A stretch of 64,000 nucleotides of DNA from the human T2T-CHM13v2.0 reference genome, Homo sapiens: the NCBI RefSeq assembly GCF_009914755.1, contig NC_060934.1; one strand, given 5' to 3'. The notes beneath the pieces were generated by a model. The model searched no databases. It was not told the DNA's origin and saw only the letters and a list, made by a program, of their open reading frames with translations. The position numbers and the translations under genes were made by a program. Shown here one piece after another: positions 17,560 to 30,485 of the stretch. Within the stretch, counting starts at the first letter, position 1; each line of letters begins with the position of its first letter.

Positions 17560-18591
17560 TGACCTTCACATATAAAACTAATTTAGTGTCAATACAGTTA
17601 AAAAGTGTCTCCTTTATTCAGAATTACCCATATAATGTCTTTTTTTAATAACTTTATTCCAAACTTGAAAAAAATTATTATCTTTACCCATTTTTCCCTG
17701 TACTGTTTATGATACAACAATTAAAAAAATCTTATTTCCAATTTCTCAATATTTGATAGGTACACTTTCCCCCCCACAGGAAAAAAGAAACAGTTGACAA
17801 AACTTTGTTTTAACCAGCAAACACCTTTTGAAATGGTGCTGCAAATTCCTATTCATGATGCCATATTTCTAAAACACTTTTTCTTGGTCATGTTGAACTT
17901 TTATTCAGTAAAAGAAATCTTCATTCTGCTTGTGTGTGTGTGTGTGTGTGTGCACGTGCACACGCACATGCATGTGGCCTTTTCTCCTTGAATGTGACTT
18001 ATTTTAATAAATTTACCCTCTTATTATATAATGGCCATGTCCAGAAATCGGGGTGCATCGCTTCTGTACGTAGAGAGTCAAGGTCCTAACAAACCCGCCC
18101 CTCTGTGTTCTGCTAGCCATACAGAAGTGGAGTGTGTTGGAGGTGGACACAACCCTTAGAAGTCATCCAGCAGCCAGCATCCTCATATGCTGTGTCAAGC
18201 TGAGCCCCAGAAATTCAGAGAGTACAGCTAGTCAGTGGGAGGGTGGCAGTGGCAGTGACACTGAGGCCCCATGCTCTGTCTGTGCGAGGTTAAGGAGGGG
18301 TGAGCAGTGCTTTGTAAAGGTATGTGAAAAAGTGGTCTCTTTCTATGCTCATTCTGTTTTGCCTTCTGTTTGGAGCCTTGTCTTTTTCTCAGGTGAGGTC
18401 TTTGAGGGCTGAGGTAGACTTCATTTCTGCATGCCTTGAGTGCAGAGATGGTGATTACATTCCAACTCGTGCCAACTTTGAGCAGAGTGGCTGTGTGCTA
18501 TGGAGGTAGTAAGGGAAGAGGGAGGTGCCATGTGTGACCTGGACACTTGCCATTCGTGACTCTAGGACACTGCCCTCCACATATACTGATA

Positions 18592-18592
<1 letters not shown>

Positions 18593-18632
<40 letters not shown>

Positions 18633-18683
18633 AAGTGTGGGCCCATACTCACACCTTGCCACTCACACCTTGCCACTCACACA
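18593..18683. repeat. (CA)n microsatellite plus 14-bp unit ctcacaccttgcca x~2.5
   Basis: Direct reading. Confidence 0.9.
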
Positions 18684-19444
18684 TGCTCACATTAAAAAAA
18701 AATAATAATGAGAAAAAAGGATTGCATACATCTGCCATGTGAGTGATGATATCCCGGTCTGGGGAGGAACTGGGCTTGTCTTTACGATAAAAATGGTAGC
18801 TTATCTGGAGCCCTGATGGCAGTTTCTTTGCCTTTGCAGTAAGTTGACAGTGTATTTCAGATGTAATTAGTTCCCATCAAAGTTACCTCATCTTCAGAGG
18901 TGAGAATTATCGATGGTGCATAAAGCTGGATCAGTGTGACCTGTAAAGACCTTACCTGTCTCCAAGGTTACGCGTGTGTACGTGGGGTTGGCTGGTTTGG
19001 ATGGTTGCTCTTTGTTTTTTGGCATCCTTGTGTGTGAATACATGATAAGAAATATGAGGATGTTACCTTCTCACCAATTTTTAAAAATTGTCAGTTCAGT
19101 ACTTTGCTTTTTTAGTGGAATGGCCCTTAGCAATATCCTTCTTTTAAATGGATTTCTTATTGTTCCAAAGATGTGGCATTTCCAAAAGAAAATTCTTCCA
19201 TTTATGCATAGAACCTTGAACTCTAGTCTTTAAAAATCTAGGCTTTAGTTTCAGCTCTTTTTTAGCTGTGTGGTCCTGGACAGGCCCTTTTACATCTAGA
19301 CTTGGAGATTTAAAGAAAATCATAAAGAATTAAATGAGATGATTTCTAAGACTCATTTCATTTTAAAACTCTGATCTTTCAGAGACGCACAAATCCATTC
19401 CCTCTTGCTGTGGAGGAGAAAATACATGAAAATCTGAATCCATA

Positions 19445-20290
<846 letters not shown>

Positions 20291-20408
20291 CAGAGTTTTC
20301 TGAGGCAAAGAGGAGTAAAGCTGTTGCCTTTTTCTTCTTGCCTGTGAGGTTGGTTGAGATTCTTCTAACAGCCAACAGGTGTTGGCCAATGTTACTCTGA
20401 TTGACACC

Positions 20409-20705
<297 letters not shown>

Positions 20706-21589
20706 TGAGTGACATTATTTCATACAAAATTCTCATCTCTGGAGGCCTTTGTATTTTTAGGGGTTTTGTTTTTCAAATGCTTTTTACCTCTTTCTATACT
20801 TGTTCATTTTTAAATGTTTCCTGGCAGAGCAATTAGTATTTTCTGGCTTACTAGGTGCTATTCGATTGCATTAGCGTTTGAATATTACCCAGCTAGTTGT
20901 GGAGTGGGGCAGTAAGCTCATAAAGAAGCAAGATAATGGAATACACAAATATTACTACGACTTTATGGGTGGCATACCTTGATTCTTGATCCACGTGGCT
21001 GTGTTCAGATCTGGTTAGCACACATTGACATCAGGGGCTGAGCCACCAGTGAGAGTCAAACCCAGCAGCCCTGTCAGTCTACCTTCTCTCTTGACTTGAT
21101 CCAGCCTCATAACTTCACTTTCCGCAGGAGAAACACACCTCTTGAGGTCCTCTGTCACAAATAGGCAGTGTTTCTGGAGAAAGCCAGGAGGCAGATTTTA
21201 GTGCTGTTCAGCATCTGTGGTCTCTACTTTCTGGATCTGGTGCATTATGGAGACCATGAAATGACATGAAATAGCTCAGTGCTGCCAGTGGCGGTGACAG
21301 GGACACTAGAGGTGAAGGAGGGCCCTTGGGGCAATTCCAGCAGGTGGGTGGTGGCTGAAGGTCCTTGTCTTCTTTCTGCAGAGACTGGCCACCTGCTTCA
21401 TTCTTTCAAGAAGCACCAAATCCCTACTTCAGTACTTTGCCCACTCGTCATGTCAGGAGCATGAAACTCACGAGGCCTTCATTTACTTTTATCCTGTAAC
21501 ACCTTCAATTTTTCCCACATCCTCCCTTGATTCGTGGATGGACAACTATGGAGGCCAATCTGGCTGAGGTGAGGACTGCTTGAGTCTAA

Positions 21590-22020
21590 ATTCCTCTCTC
21601 CTCAAACCCAATTCAAACTGGCCTGAGCAAAATGAATGTATTGATCCATAACTGAAAAGTCCAGAATGATCAGGCATCAGGCATGGTTGCATCCAGGGGC
21701 CCATGTATTAGAACCATCTCCTTCCAGTTCTGGGCTCTGCTTGCCTCCCAGTTGGTTTTACTGCACAGAGGCTTATTCAAGTCCAGAGAGATCTTATCTT
21801 TCCCTACAAGTCTGTGACCTTGATTCTGAACCTGCATCTATGGGAAGGGCTTGCAGTGTCTGAGTGAGCTTGGACTGTGTAAACTTTCCCACTTCTGAAG
21901 CTGGGGGTGGGGTTCACTCCACTAAGCTACATGGCTCTAGAGTCAGGGGGTTGCCCCCTAAGTAACTGGCAGTATTGTTACCAGAAAAATCATGAATGGA
22001 CACTGAGCAGAAAACTCAGC
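21590..22020. mobile_element. Ancient ERVL/MaLR-type LTR fragment (LTR33-like)
   Basis: aaacccaattcaaactggcctgagcaaaa...ataactgaaaagtccag...tgttaccagaa...gaatggacactgagcag; subfamily uncertain. Confidence 0.55.
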
Positions 22021-23639
22021 AGATGTTTATTTCCTGGTCTTTAGGATTTGTTGAAGAGTTTTTTATTTGTTTGTTTTTTAAGAAAGACTCAAAAGGAAAA
22101 AAAAAAAGAAACTATAGTTATTTTCTCATGATATAAAAAGATTCTGTAGTTGTATATACATTTGAACTTTTTGTAAGACATCTCCTACCCCCCTAAAATT
22201 GGAAGTCATTTATTAAGACTTTGTATTCTGTAAGAGGATTGGAAATGAATAATTAAGAACATTAAAGAGGAAAGCAGGGGGTGGTGGGAAAGTGTGGTCT
22301 TGAGGGGGTAATAAACCTCCTACAGGCCACACACACACAAGAAAAAAAAAAGGGCAATAAGTGTAGCCCAGTAACATAAGGTGGGGAATAAGGTTAGGGG
22401 TAAGGTTAATTCTACAAGTTCAAAGCCAGTAGCCCCTGATGCGCTGTTGGACGTGAACTATAAATTTGGCTCTGAGGTTCCCAGGCATGGAAGAATATCT
22501 AGATCTGTACAGAGAGGTTGTGTGTGTGTTTAACATTTCCATAATGTACAATTTCCTCTAAGAGTAAAGGCCATGAGGAAATGCCCGTGGAAGATAAAGG
22601 AGACCATGTGGTCTGTGGCAACCATGGATACATTTCTTTCCCAACGCATTCTCTGAGGCACTTTGGTAACTCTGCCTCTTTGCTCTCAGCATTGTGTTAG
22701 AAAATAAAGCCAGCAGACAAGGATTAAACCCTCATGTTGCTGGGTTCCTTCTAGAAACAATTGGAGGGCTAACCAAGTCACCTTTGGTGGAAGGCAGTAA
22801 GGTGAGTCATTGCTGTGGCTGGACTGAATAGGATAGCCTTAGCTGTAAAATTGGGCTGATCTTTCAAATGGACTCATGCTTGCCGAATGACTCACGCTCC
22901 TGTTTACAAATCAGCTCTGTGAAGAAATGCAGAGTGGGAGGCTCTGCTTGCCAGACGGAGACCTTAGACCTCCAGGGGTGGAGAACGGAGTACTTCCTCT
23001 GGTGCTCGGCTTCCCTTCCTGGGGGGCAGATCTCTCAGCTTCTGGTTGGTGGCTCTCAAAATCCAGACACAAGGTCAGCTGCAGCCAGCGTGGGCCCTGG
23101 AGTAGCTCCAGTTATGGGGCAGCAATGGCCCCCTCTCATTTTGAGAGCTCACTTTGCCTGTGGATGGTTTTAATCCATCTGGATAAACTTGAGGCCCATG
23201 GGAATACCATATACTATGGTAACCATGTACACTGCTCTAAAGATGTGGCTGCTGTTGTATAACTTTTTCCTTTATTTTTGTCAATTTCCTATTTTCCAGA
23301 GTCTTGCATACCCACTATGTCTACTGTGATAGTGAACGTAAAAACATACAAGATGTTGGTGTTATCCTCAATCTCTTATTCTTAATCCTGAACAAATTAC
23401 ATGAAAAAATCGTTCATGGAGTTTTTCTTCATATAAAACTTTTTACAATGAACATAAAGGGCATAGCTATTTCTTTTTTTTAAAAAAGAAACGTAGAATA
23501 TTATTTCTTGGTTGTGAAATCGCCCTTCTTGGACCCCAAGTTGTTTTTTACAGCCCTAAATTCTCTTGTTTATAGAGCCTGTTTATAGAGCCATAGACAG
23601 GCCAATGGGTCTCTACAGCAGGCACCTGCATGAGTTGAC

Positions 23640-23850
23640 TGGGACCTGAGCTATATTCCCCCTCTGCCATTTACTAGCAGTGTGACCTTGGGCATGCTCC
23701 TTACAGTCTCTGAGTCAGTTTCCTCCTCTGTGAAATGGGCATGATACTACCTACCTCATAAGGTAGGGGTGAGGATTAATGGAGTAAGAGGCACACTCCT
23801 GTCCAGGGCCCCAGACAGAGTAGGCCGTCAGTAAACTGTAGCAGCTATTG
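23640..23850 (+). mobile_element. MIR SINE
   Basis: ctctgccatttactagcagtgtgaccttggg...cagtttcctcctctgtgaaatggg...tacctacctcata. Confidence 0.85.
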
Positions 23851-24010
23851 TGATAGGGTTTGAAATTCAAATTAACGCATATTTCTTGAGCACCCAAGGT
23901 GTGTGCTGCTGGATCTTTCAAGGGGTCCAGAATTGGTAGTATAGTTGCTTTTCTCAAAAGACTGTCGCCTGGCAGAGGAAAAGGTGTTAAGGTATGAGTG
24001 AAGACAGATC

Positions 24011-24291
24011 AGCCAGACATGGTGCCGCTTGCCTGAGATCTCAACACTTTGGGAGGCCGAGATAGGAGGATTGCCTGAGCCCAGGAGTTCAAGACCAGCC
24101 TGAGCAACATAGCAAGATTCTGCCTCCACAAAAAAATAAAATAAAAATAAAAAGATTAGCTGAGTGTGGTGGCGTGCACCTGTAGTCCTAACTGTTTGGG
24201 AGGCTGAGACAGGAGGATTGCTTGAGCCCAGGAGTTTAAGTCCAGTCCGGGCAACATAGCAAGACCCCATCTCTTAGAAAAAAAAAAAAAA
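24011..24291 (+). mobile_element. Old Alu with two left-arm-like monomers
   Basis: Both arms end ggagtt.aag.ccag.c..gcaacatagcaaga; right-arm insert absent. Confidence 0.9.
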
Positions 24292-24316
24292 GATCAGCTC
24301 CCCAAACAGCTGAAGT

Positions 24317-24384
24317 ATTAAGTGGAACCATATGTAATTGTATTTTTGTAGGACAGAAATATCAGCAATTTCACATAACTAATA
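24317..24384. mobile_element. MADE2-like mariner MITE
   Basis: gaaccatatgtaattg...tttttgtagg...aatatcagcaatttcacat. Confidence 0.55.
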
Positions 24385-24732
24385 GATTCAGTAAGGTAAG
24401 TTGAGAGAGAAAATGCTAGCTAACTGGTTCTTGAGAGGCTCAGAGGAAGGGGAGGCCATGCCCATTAGGAGAATGGTGGGTAGGGGTGGGAATACACAAC
24501 AGGAAGGCTGCCTGGAGGAGGTTGCATTTCAGATGTTCCTAGAAGGGACCCTGAGCTGGATGGCAGGGAAATAGGAGAGTTCTGATTTGTGCTGGGAACT
24601 GTAATCCCTCTATCATGGAGCTTCTATAGAAATGTGGGTTAGGGCAGAAAGGAAGGCTGGGGGCTGTGTGTGCCTTGGTGACGTGTCCCCCTCGCTCCCG
24701 AGCCTTACTCTGTTCCCCTTTCTTCCTGGCAG

Positions 24733-24876
24733 CAGAGCCCCCTCCCTTGCTGCACTCAGGGACATGACTGTCAGCACTTCTACCCCCCCTCAGACTTCAC
24801 TGTCAGCACTCAAGTCTTCAGGGACATGAAAAGGAGCCACTCCTTACAAAAAGTTGGGGAGCCCTGGTGTATTGAG
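24733..24876 (+). CDS. TCF7L2: TCF7L2 alternative cassette exon (often called exon 4a), 48 aa QSPLPCCTQGHDCQHFYPPSDFTVSTQVFRDMKRSHSLQKVGEPWCIE; 47 aa if the second acceptor (24736) is used
   Basis: Polypyrimidine tract, then tandem cag|CAG|AGC acceptor; stop-free 144 nt; donor GAG|gtaggt at 24877; phase 0-0. The peptide matches my recollection of the insert in TCF7L2 isoforms. Confidence 0.93.
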
Positions 24877-25957
24877 GTAGGTCTCGGAGCAGAATCACGG
24901 TATGAGATGAGCTAGCTCTAAAATGAAGCCGCCCACCCAAAGTTTACCTCTCTCTAGGGCAGGGCCCATCCACTGCGATCCCTGAATTCTTGTTGGGTCA
25001 CTGTCATTTTGGGTGCCATGATGTCTGGGTGTGCTGACCGCTGATAGGGATATCATAGCCATAAAAACGCCTGTTTACAAGGAGAGGGTGGAGGGTGGTG
25101 CTCGCATGACTCCAGGATGCCTGGCTCCCAGTGAAGGCCCTCGTGATCCAGTGCCACACGTAACTTCTGTGAAAATGAGGAGCACAACATTATCCCATTA
25201 AACTTGGCCCCAGGAAGTGTCTCTTGGGACTCTTCACAGTTCACAATGGAGGAGAAGTTACCACCTCAACTTTGCCTTCGTTACTAGTAATTTAGAACTT
25301 AAAGATTTTCTTTTAAAATTCAGGGTGCTGGAAAATGCCCACTTTGCCTCGACAATACCTACCTGAGGCAGCCGTGAATGGCTTTACTCGCAGATGTTGC
25401 TCTCCAAGGACAGGAAGCATTGTTAATTTCCTTTAAATAATTCAATACAGTGTCAATACCCCACACTGCTCAGTGCTTGGGAGTAACAGTTCTCTTCAAA
25501 TTAATAGTCCTGAAGAAAAAATAACACCTAGAACATGCTTTTATCTTCAGAAAAGCAAAAGTCAATGCAGATGAAAAATTTTCAAGGAACTCTTAGGTTT
25601 AAACAGCAAATGATTTAGTACTAGTGTTAGCTTTTAAAAAAAGAAAAGTGAATATTTATGAACCAAATAATAAAGCCTCTGTCTTTAAAAACATTTATTG
25701 TATACCTATTGGGTGCTGTGCTATGTGTTACAGCCACAGGGACAGAAAGCAGTGCCTCCAGCAGGCAGAGACCTGGAGTAATACATATGTACATAAGTCT
25801 TGCTGTTGGAGAGACAAAATGTGGAATAAGTCATCTTTAAAAGTTTGTTCTGGCGTAGGAAGTGATGAATAGCCACATAAGACAACTAGAAACTGTAAAA
25901 ATACATAAAGAAAATGTAAATACCTATACTCTTATTACCTATTGATAATCTCTCTCT

Positions 25958-26537
25958 CTTTTTTGAGATAGAGTCTCGCTCTGTTGCCCAGGCCAGAGTG
26001 CAGTGGCGCAATCTCAGCTCACTGCAACTTCTGCCTCCGGTTTCAAGCGATTCGCCTGCCTCAGCCTCCCGAGTAGCTGGACTACAGGTGCGCGCCACCA
26101 AGCCCAGCTAATTTTTTGTATTTTTAGTAAAGACAGGGTTTCACCCTGTTAGCCAGGATGGTCTCGATCTCCTGACCTCGTGATCCGCCCGCCTCGGCCT
26201 CCCAAACTGCTGGGATTACAGACATGAACAACCATGCCTGGTCTTTTTTATTTTTTATTTTGAGACGGAGTCTTGCTCTGTCTTCCAGGCTGGAGTGTGT
26301 GATCTTGGCTCACTGTGACCTCCGCCTGCCAGCTTCAAGAAATTCTCCTGCCTCAGCCTCCCGAGTAGCTGGGATTACAGGCACCTGTTACCATACCCGG
26401 CTAATTTTTGTATTTTTAATAGAGACAGGGTTTTGCCATGTTGGTCAGACTGTTCTTGAACTCCTGACCTCAGGTGATCTGCATGACTTGGCCTCCCAAA
26501 GTGCTAGGATTACAGGCGTGAGCCACCGTGTCTGGCC
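25958..26537 (-). mobile_element. Two tandem antisense Alus (25958-26242 and 26243-26537)
   Basis: Shared outer TSD gataatctct at 25944-25953 and 26538-26547. Confidence 0.96.
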
Positions 26538-26786
26538 GATAATCTCTTAATATTTGGATACATTTCCACATTTCTAGTCATTCATATGCACAGACCTTAA
26601 AAGCGTTTCGCAAAATTGGTATTATACCTCATACGGTTTTGCAATTTCTTTCTACTTTTAATTCTAGGAACACTTTTTGACACTATAACATGTGCCTAAT
26701 TCTCTTTAGTAACTTCATGTACTAAAGTGGAAATCCTCTGGTCCACCTATTCCCTGTTAGCCAGATGTGCATAAAACTGAAGATGT

Positions 26787-27060
26787 GGCTGGGTGCAGTG
26801 GCTCACGCCTGTAATCCCAGCACTTTGGAAGGCTGAGGCGGGCAGATCATGATATCAGGAGTTCAAGACCAGTGAAACCCCGTCTCTACTAAAAATACAA
26901 AAATTAGCCAGGCGTGGTGGCGCGTGCCCGTACTCCCAGCTACTCAGGAGGCTGAGGCAGGAGAATCGCTTGAACTCAGAAGGAAGACAGAGGTTTCAGT
27001 GAGCTGAGATCACACCACTGCACTCCAGCCTGGGCAACAGAGTGAGACTCCATCTCAAAA
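26787..27060 (+). mobile_element. Alu (AluS), almost tailless
   Basis: Forward dimer ending catctcaaaa. Confidence 0.95.
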
Positions 27061-27934
27061 TGTTTCTGGAGTCTTTCGGACTTTTCGCTGTCTTGCATGC
27101 TTGCCTCTGATCTTGCATGTTCTTGGGCCACGCCTATGTCTTGATTACCTGGAGCTGCTGTCTGTGTGTTTAAGGAGCATTCCCTTTAACTGGCCTGGGT
27201 CTGATAGAGCAGGGAGGCCCCCTTTTCTCTGCATTAGCCATGGCCTGGTAGAAGATCTTTTTCAGTAGCCTCTCACTGGTTCAGCTTTTAATAAGCATAG
27301 CTGTTCATTCTGGCTATTTATGATAAGATGATATGAATATAGCTATTCTCCCATCAGAGCCTGGCACATGGTAACTCATTAATCTTTGGTTGGCGGCAGG
27401 AGGTAGATAAAGGAACCAGGCACCCATTTTAAGTATGAGGAAAATGAAACAGAAAGACTGGGTTTCTTCCTTATAACTCAAGGTCTACAGGAGCTGATTA
27501 GATCCCTGGCGCCAGTGACTGAGCATTTCTCAGCCTTGTCCTCAGAACCCAGAAGCATCTCCCAGGGACGTGCCAAAATGCCACGTTTCCAGGATGTCAT
27601 CTAAATCTGTAAACTGTGAATAGGTGAGGTACAAAGATGCCACTTATGGGCTGTGCCAACTTGGGCAAGTTACCCGACTGATCTGTGCTTCAATTTCTCC
27701 ATCAGTGATAAAGGTTCACATACAGGCTGTATGTAAAGCGGGAGCTTGATGAGAGAGCTGGTGGGCTCAGACTGGTGCAGGCAATTGGCAAGATTCTTGA
27801 GGAATCACAACCTGATGGTGTGTCTGTGTGATGGGCCAGTCGCTGCTGGAGTAGCTCAGTTATGTGTTCCATGTAGGTTTCCATGGAAATTCACATGTAA
27901 CATTCCTAGTACCTACTTCAAGAATTTTGGTGGT

Positions 27935-28346
<412 letters not shown>

Positions 28347-28539
28347 TCACTTTTTTGGCAAGGTGCTTCCCCGCTCCGTGATGCAATTCTTGCATCTGCA
28401 AAACAGGCGGTGGTCATGGGATATTCCCGCAGTCTGCTCCACTGGGTACCTACAGAGATCCCTTGACATTTAACACAGGCTTCCTGTGATCCAGGAACTA
28501 CTGTACGAACTACTGTAACTACCTCCTATATTAACTTTT

Positions 28540-28680
28540 CCAAACCTTGATAGCAACCTTATGAGGGAGGTGGTGTGATTATTCCCATTTTGCAATTAAG
28601 GTAACTGAGCCAGAGAGAGAGAAAGCAATATCCATAAGATCACACAGCTGAAGGGTGAGAGCTATAAAAATTGCTGGGAA
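28540..28680 (-). mobile_element. MIR SINE
   Basis: aaccttatgagg...ttattcccattttgcaattaaggtaactgag...aagatcacacagct. Confidence 0.75.
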
Positions 28681-28685
28681 TGAAG

Positions 28686-28722
28686 GGCCATGGTTCTTGG
28701 CCATGGTTCTTGGCCATGGTTC
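28686..28722. repeat. 13-bp tandem repeat ggccatggttctt x~2.8
   Basis: Direct reading. Confidence 0.9.
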
Positions 28723-30171
28723 AGAGCTGTGATACCAACCATCTTCCACTTGTTCAGGGAGAAGGTGTTTGATCCTTTTCTTCACTCAGCTGCCTTAGGA
28801 GTTGGGAGGAAATTTTGTTTCAGGATACCTAAGTTCTTACAAGTCTCAACAATTGTACTTTCTGTTCCATCTACATTTCAAATTCATTGTCCCTTCTCTT
28901 TCTTTCCATGTAATTCAGCCAGATTCGAACCCTTTAGATCCCTTCCTCTAGGGAATTAAGGTTGGTAGACCAGCTGAGTAAATGTGACTCAGAAAGTCAA
29001 TATCCACCTGGGCAGGGATGAGTCATTTCTTTCTAGTTAGCTATTCATGTACATTTTAAAGCTCGCCACACAAAGTCATTACATTGAGGCTATTAACATG
29101 TTTAATAGTGACAATAATAGGGTGTGACCCATGGCATATAACCGCATTCAGATAAGAAGAAAGAGTTTTCTTTTTTCTTCTTCCTGTAATTGCTCAGTCA
29201 ATACCATTTTCACGGAAATACTTGCAAACAAACTTTTAAAAAGTTCATTGTCCAAAGCCTTCCCTGATTCCTTGTTTCCTTCCTCTTCAGGGGTTCTATA
29301 AACTTTTCCTGATCAGTGGCCGGGGATTAGCGAGATGGTGCACTCTGTCCTGATTTTGTGGTTGACCTACCCTTTTGCTGGTGTTGAGCCTGTTTTTATT
29401 GCATTTTTTGGGGTGTGTGTGCGCGTGCACGCGCATGTGTGTTTTTTCAGGAGGGGGCACATTATTGCTGCTACTTGCTTATTAACCTCTCAATCTAGAA
29501 ATTTCAGGGAAGAAGAGACTTCCGCTAAATTTGCCAAGCTAGACACATAAACAGGGAGTTAGCCATTTTGGTGAGAGGAAATGAAACTTTTCTTGGGTTT
29601 ATTAGACCACATCCTATGTGGCTTATTTTATGTCTGATTTCTAAAAAGCATGTCATCACGGTCAAAGTTTTATTTTTGCTTGTTAGTCATTTGAAACAAA
29701 TATAGATATTGCTTCATTTCCTGGGTACTGTATTTTTCAGTACGTGGTATGTATGGAAAATTTGGGTTTACACAATGAAGTGCACTAGAAGGGAAGTATT
29801 TGCTAATTTAGAACTCTCTACATTATAACTTTGGATTAGCAAGCATTCGGCTAACTAAACATTTTCATTTATCTCCTACCCCTGATTATATAAAGAAGCA
29901 GATGAGACAACCAAAGAAATACCCCTCCAAGACAAAGTGAATATTTTGAAATACTTCCTTTCAGTCTTTTAAAAAATGTGATTTAAAAATCGTAGGTGGG
30001 ATCATACTATACATGCACTTGTTTTCTGTTTATTTTACATCTCTCTATACTAGAAACACTTTCCTATATATGCCACAAAAACTGTGAAAGTACTAATGAT
30101 TATCCCTCCTGTCCCTTAATATGCTTAGCTATTGCCCCAATGAACTCAGACTGTTTCCAAAGTTCCGCTGT

Positions 30172-30485
<314 letters not shown>

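Noticed and set aside
24340-24401. Possible 44-nt exon from the MADE2-like element to AAG|gtaagt at 24396
   Set aside because: Weak acceptor in a repeat relic; not supportable from sequence alone
24632-24829. ORF track entry overlapping the cassette exon
   Set aside because: Wrong frame; the real frame is defined by the splice sites
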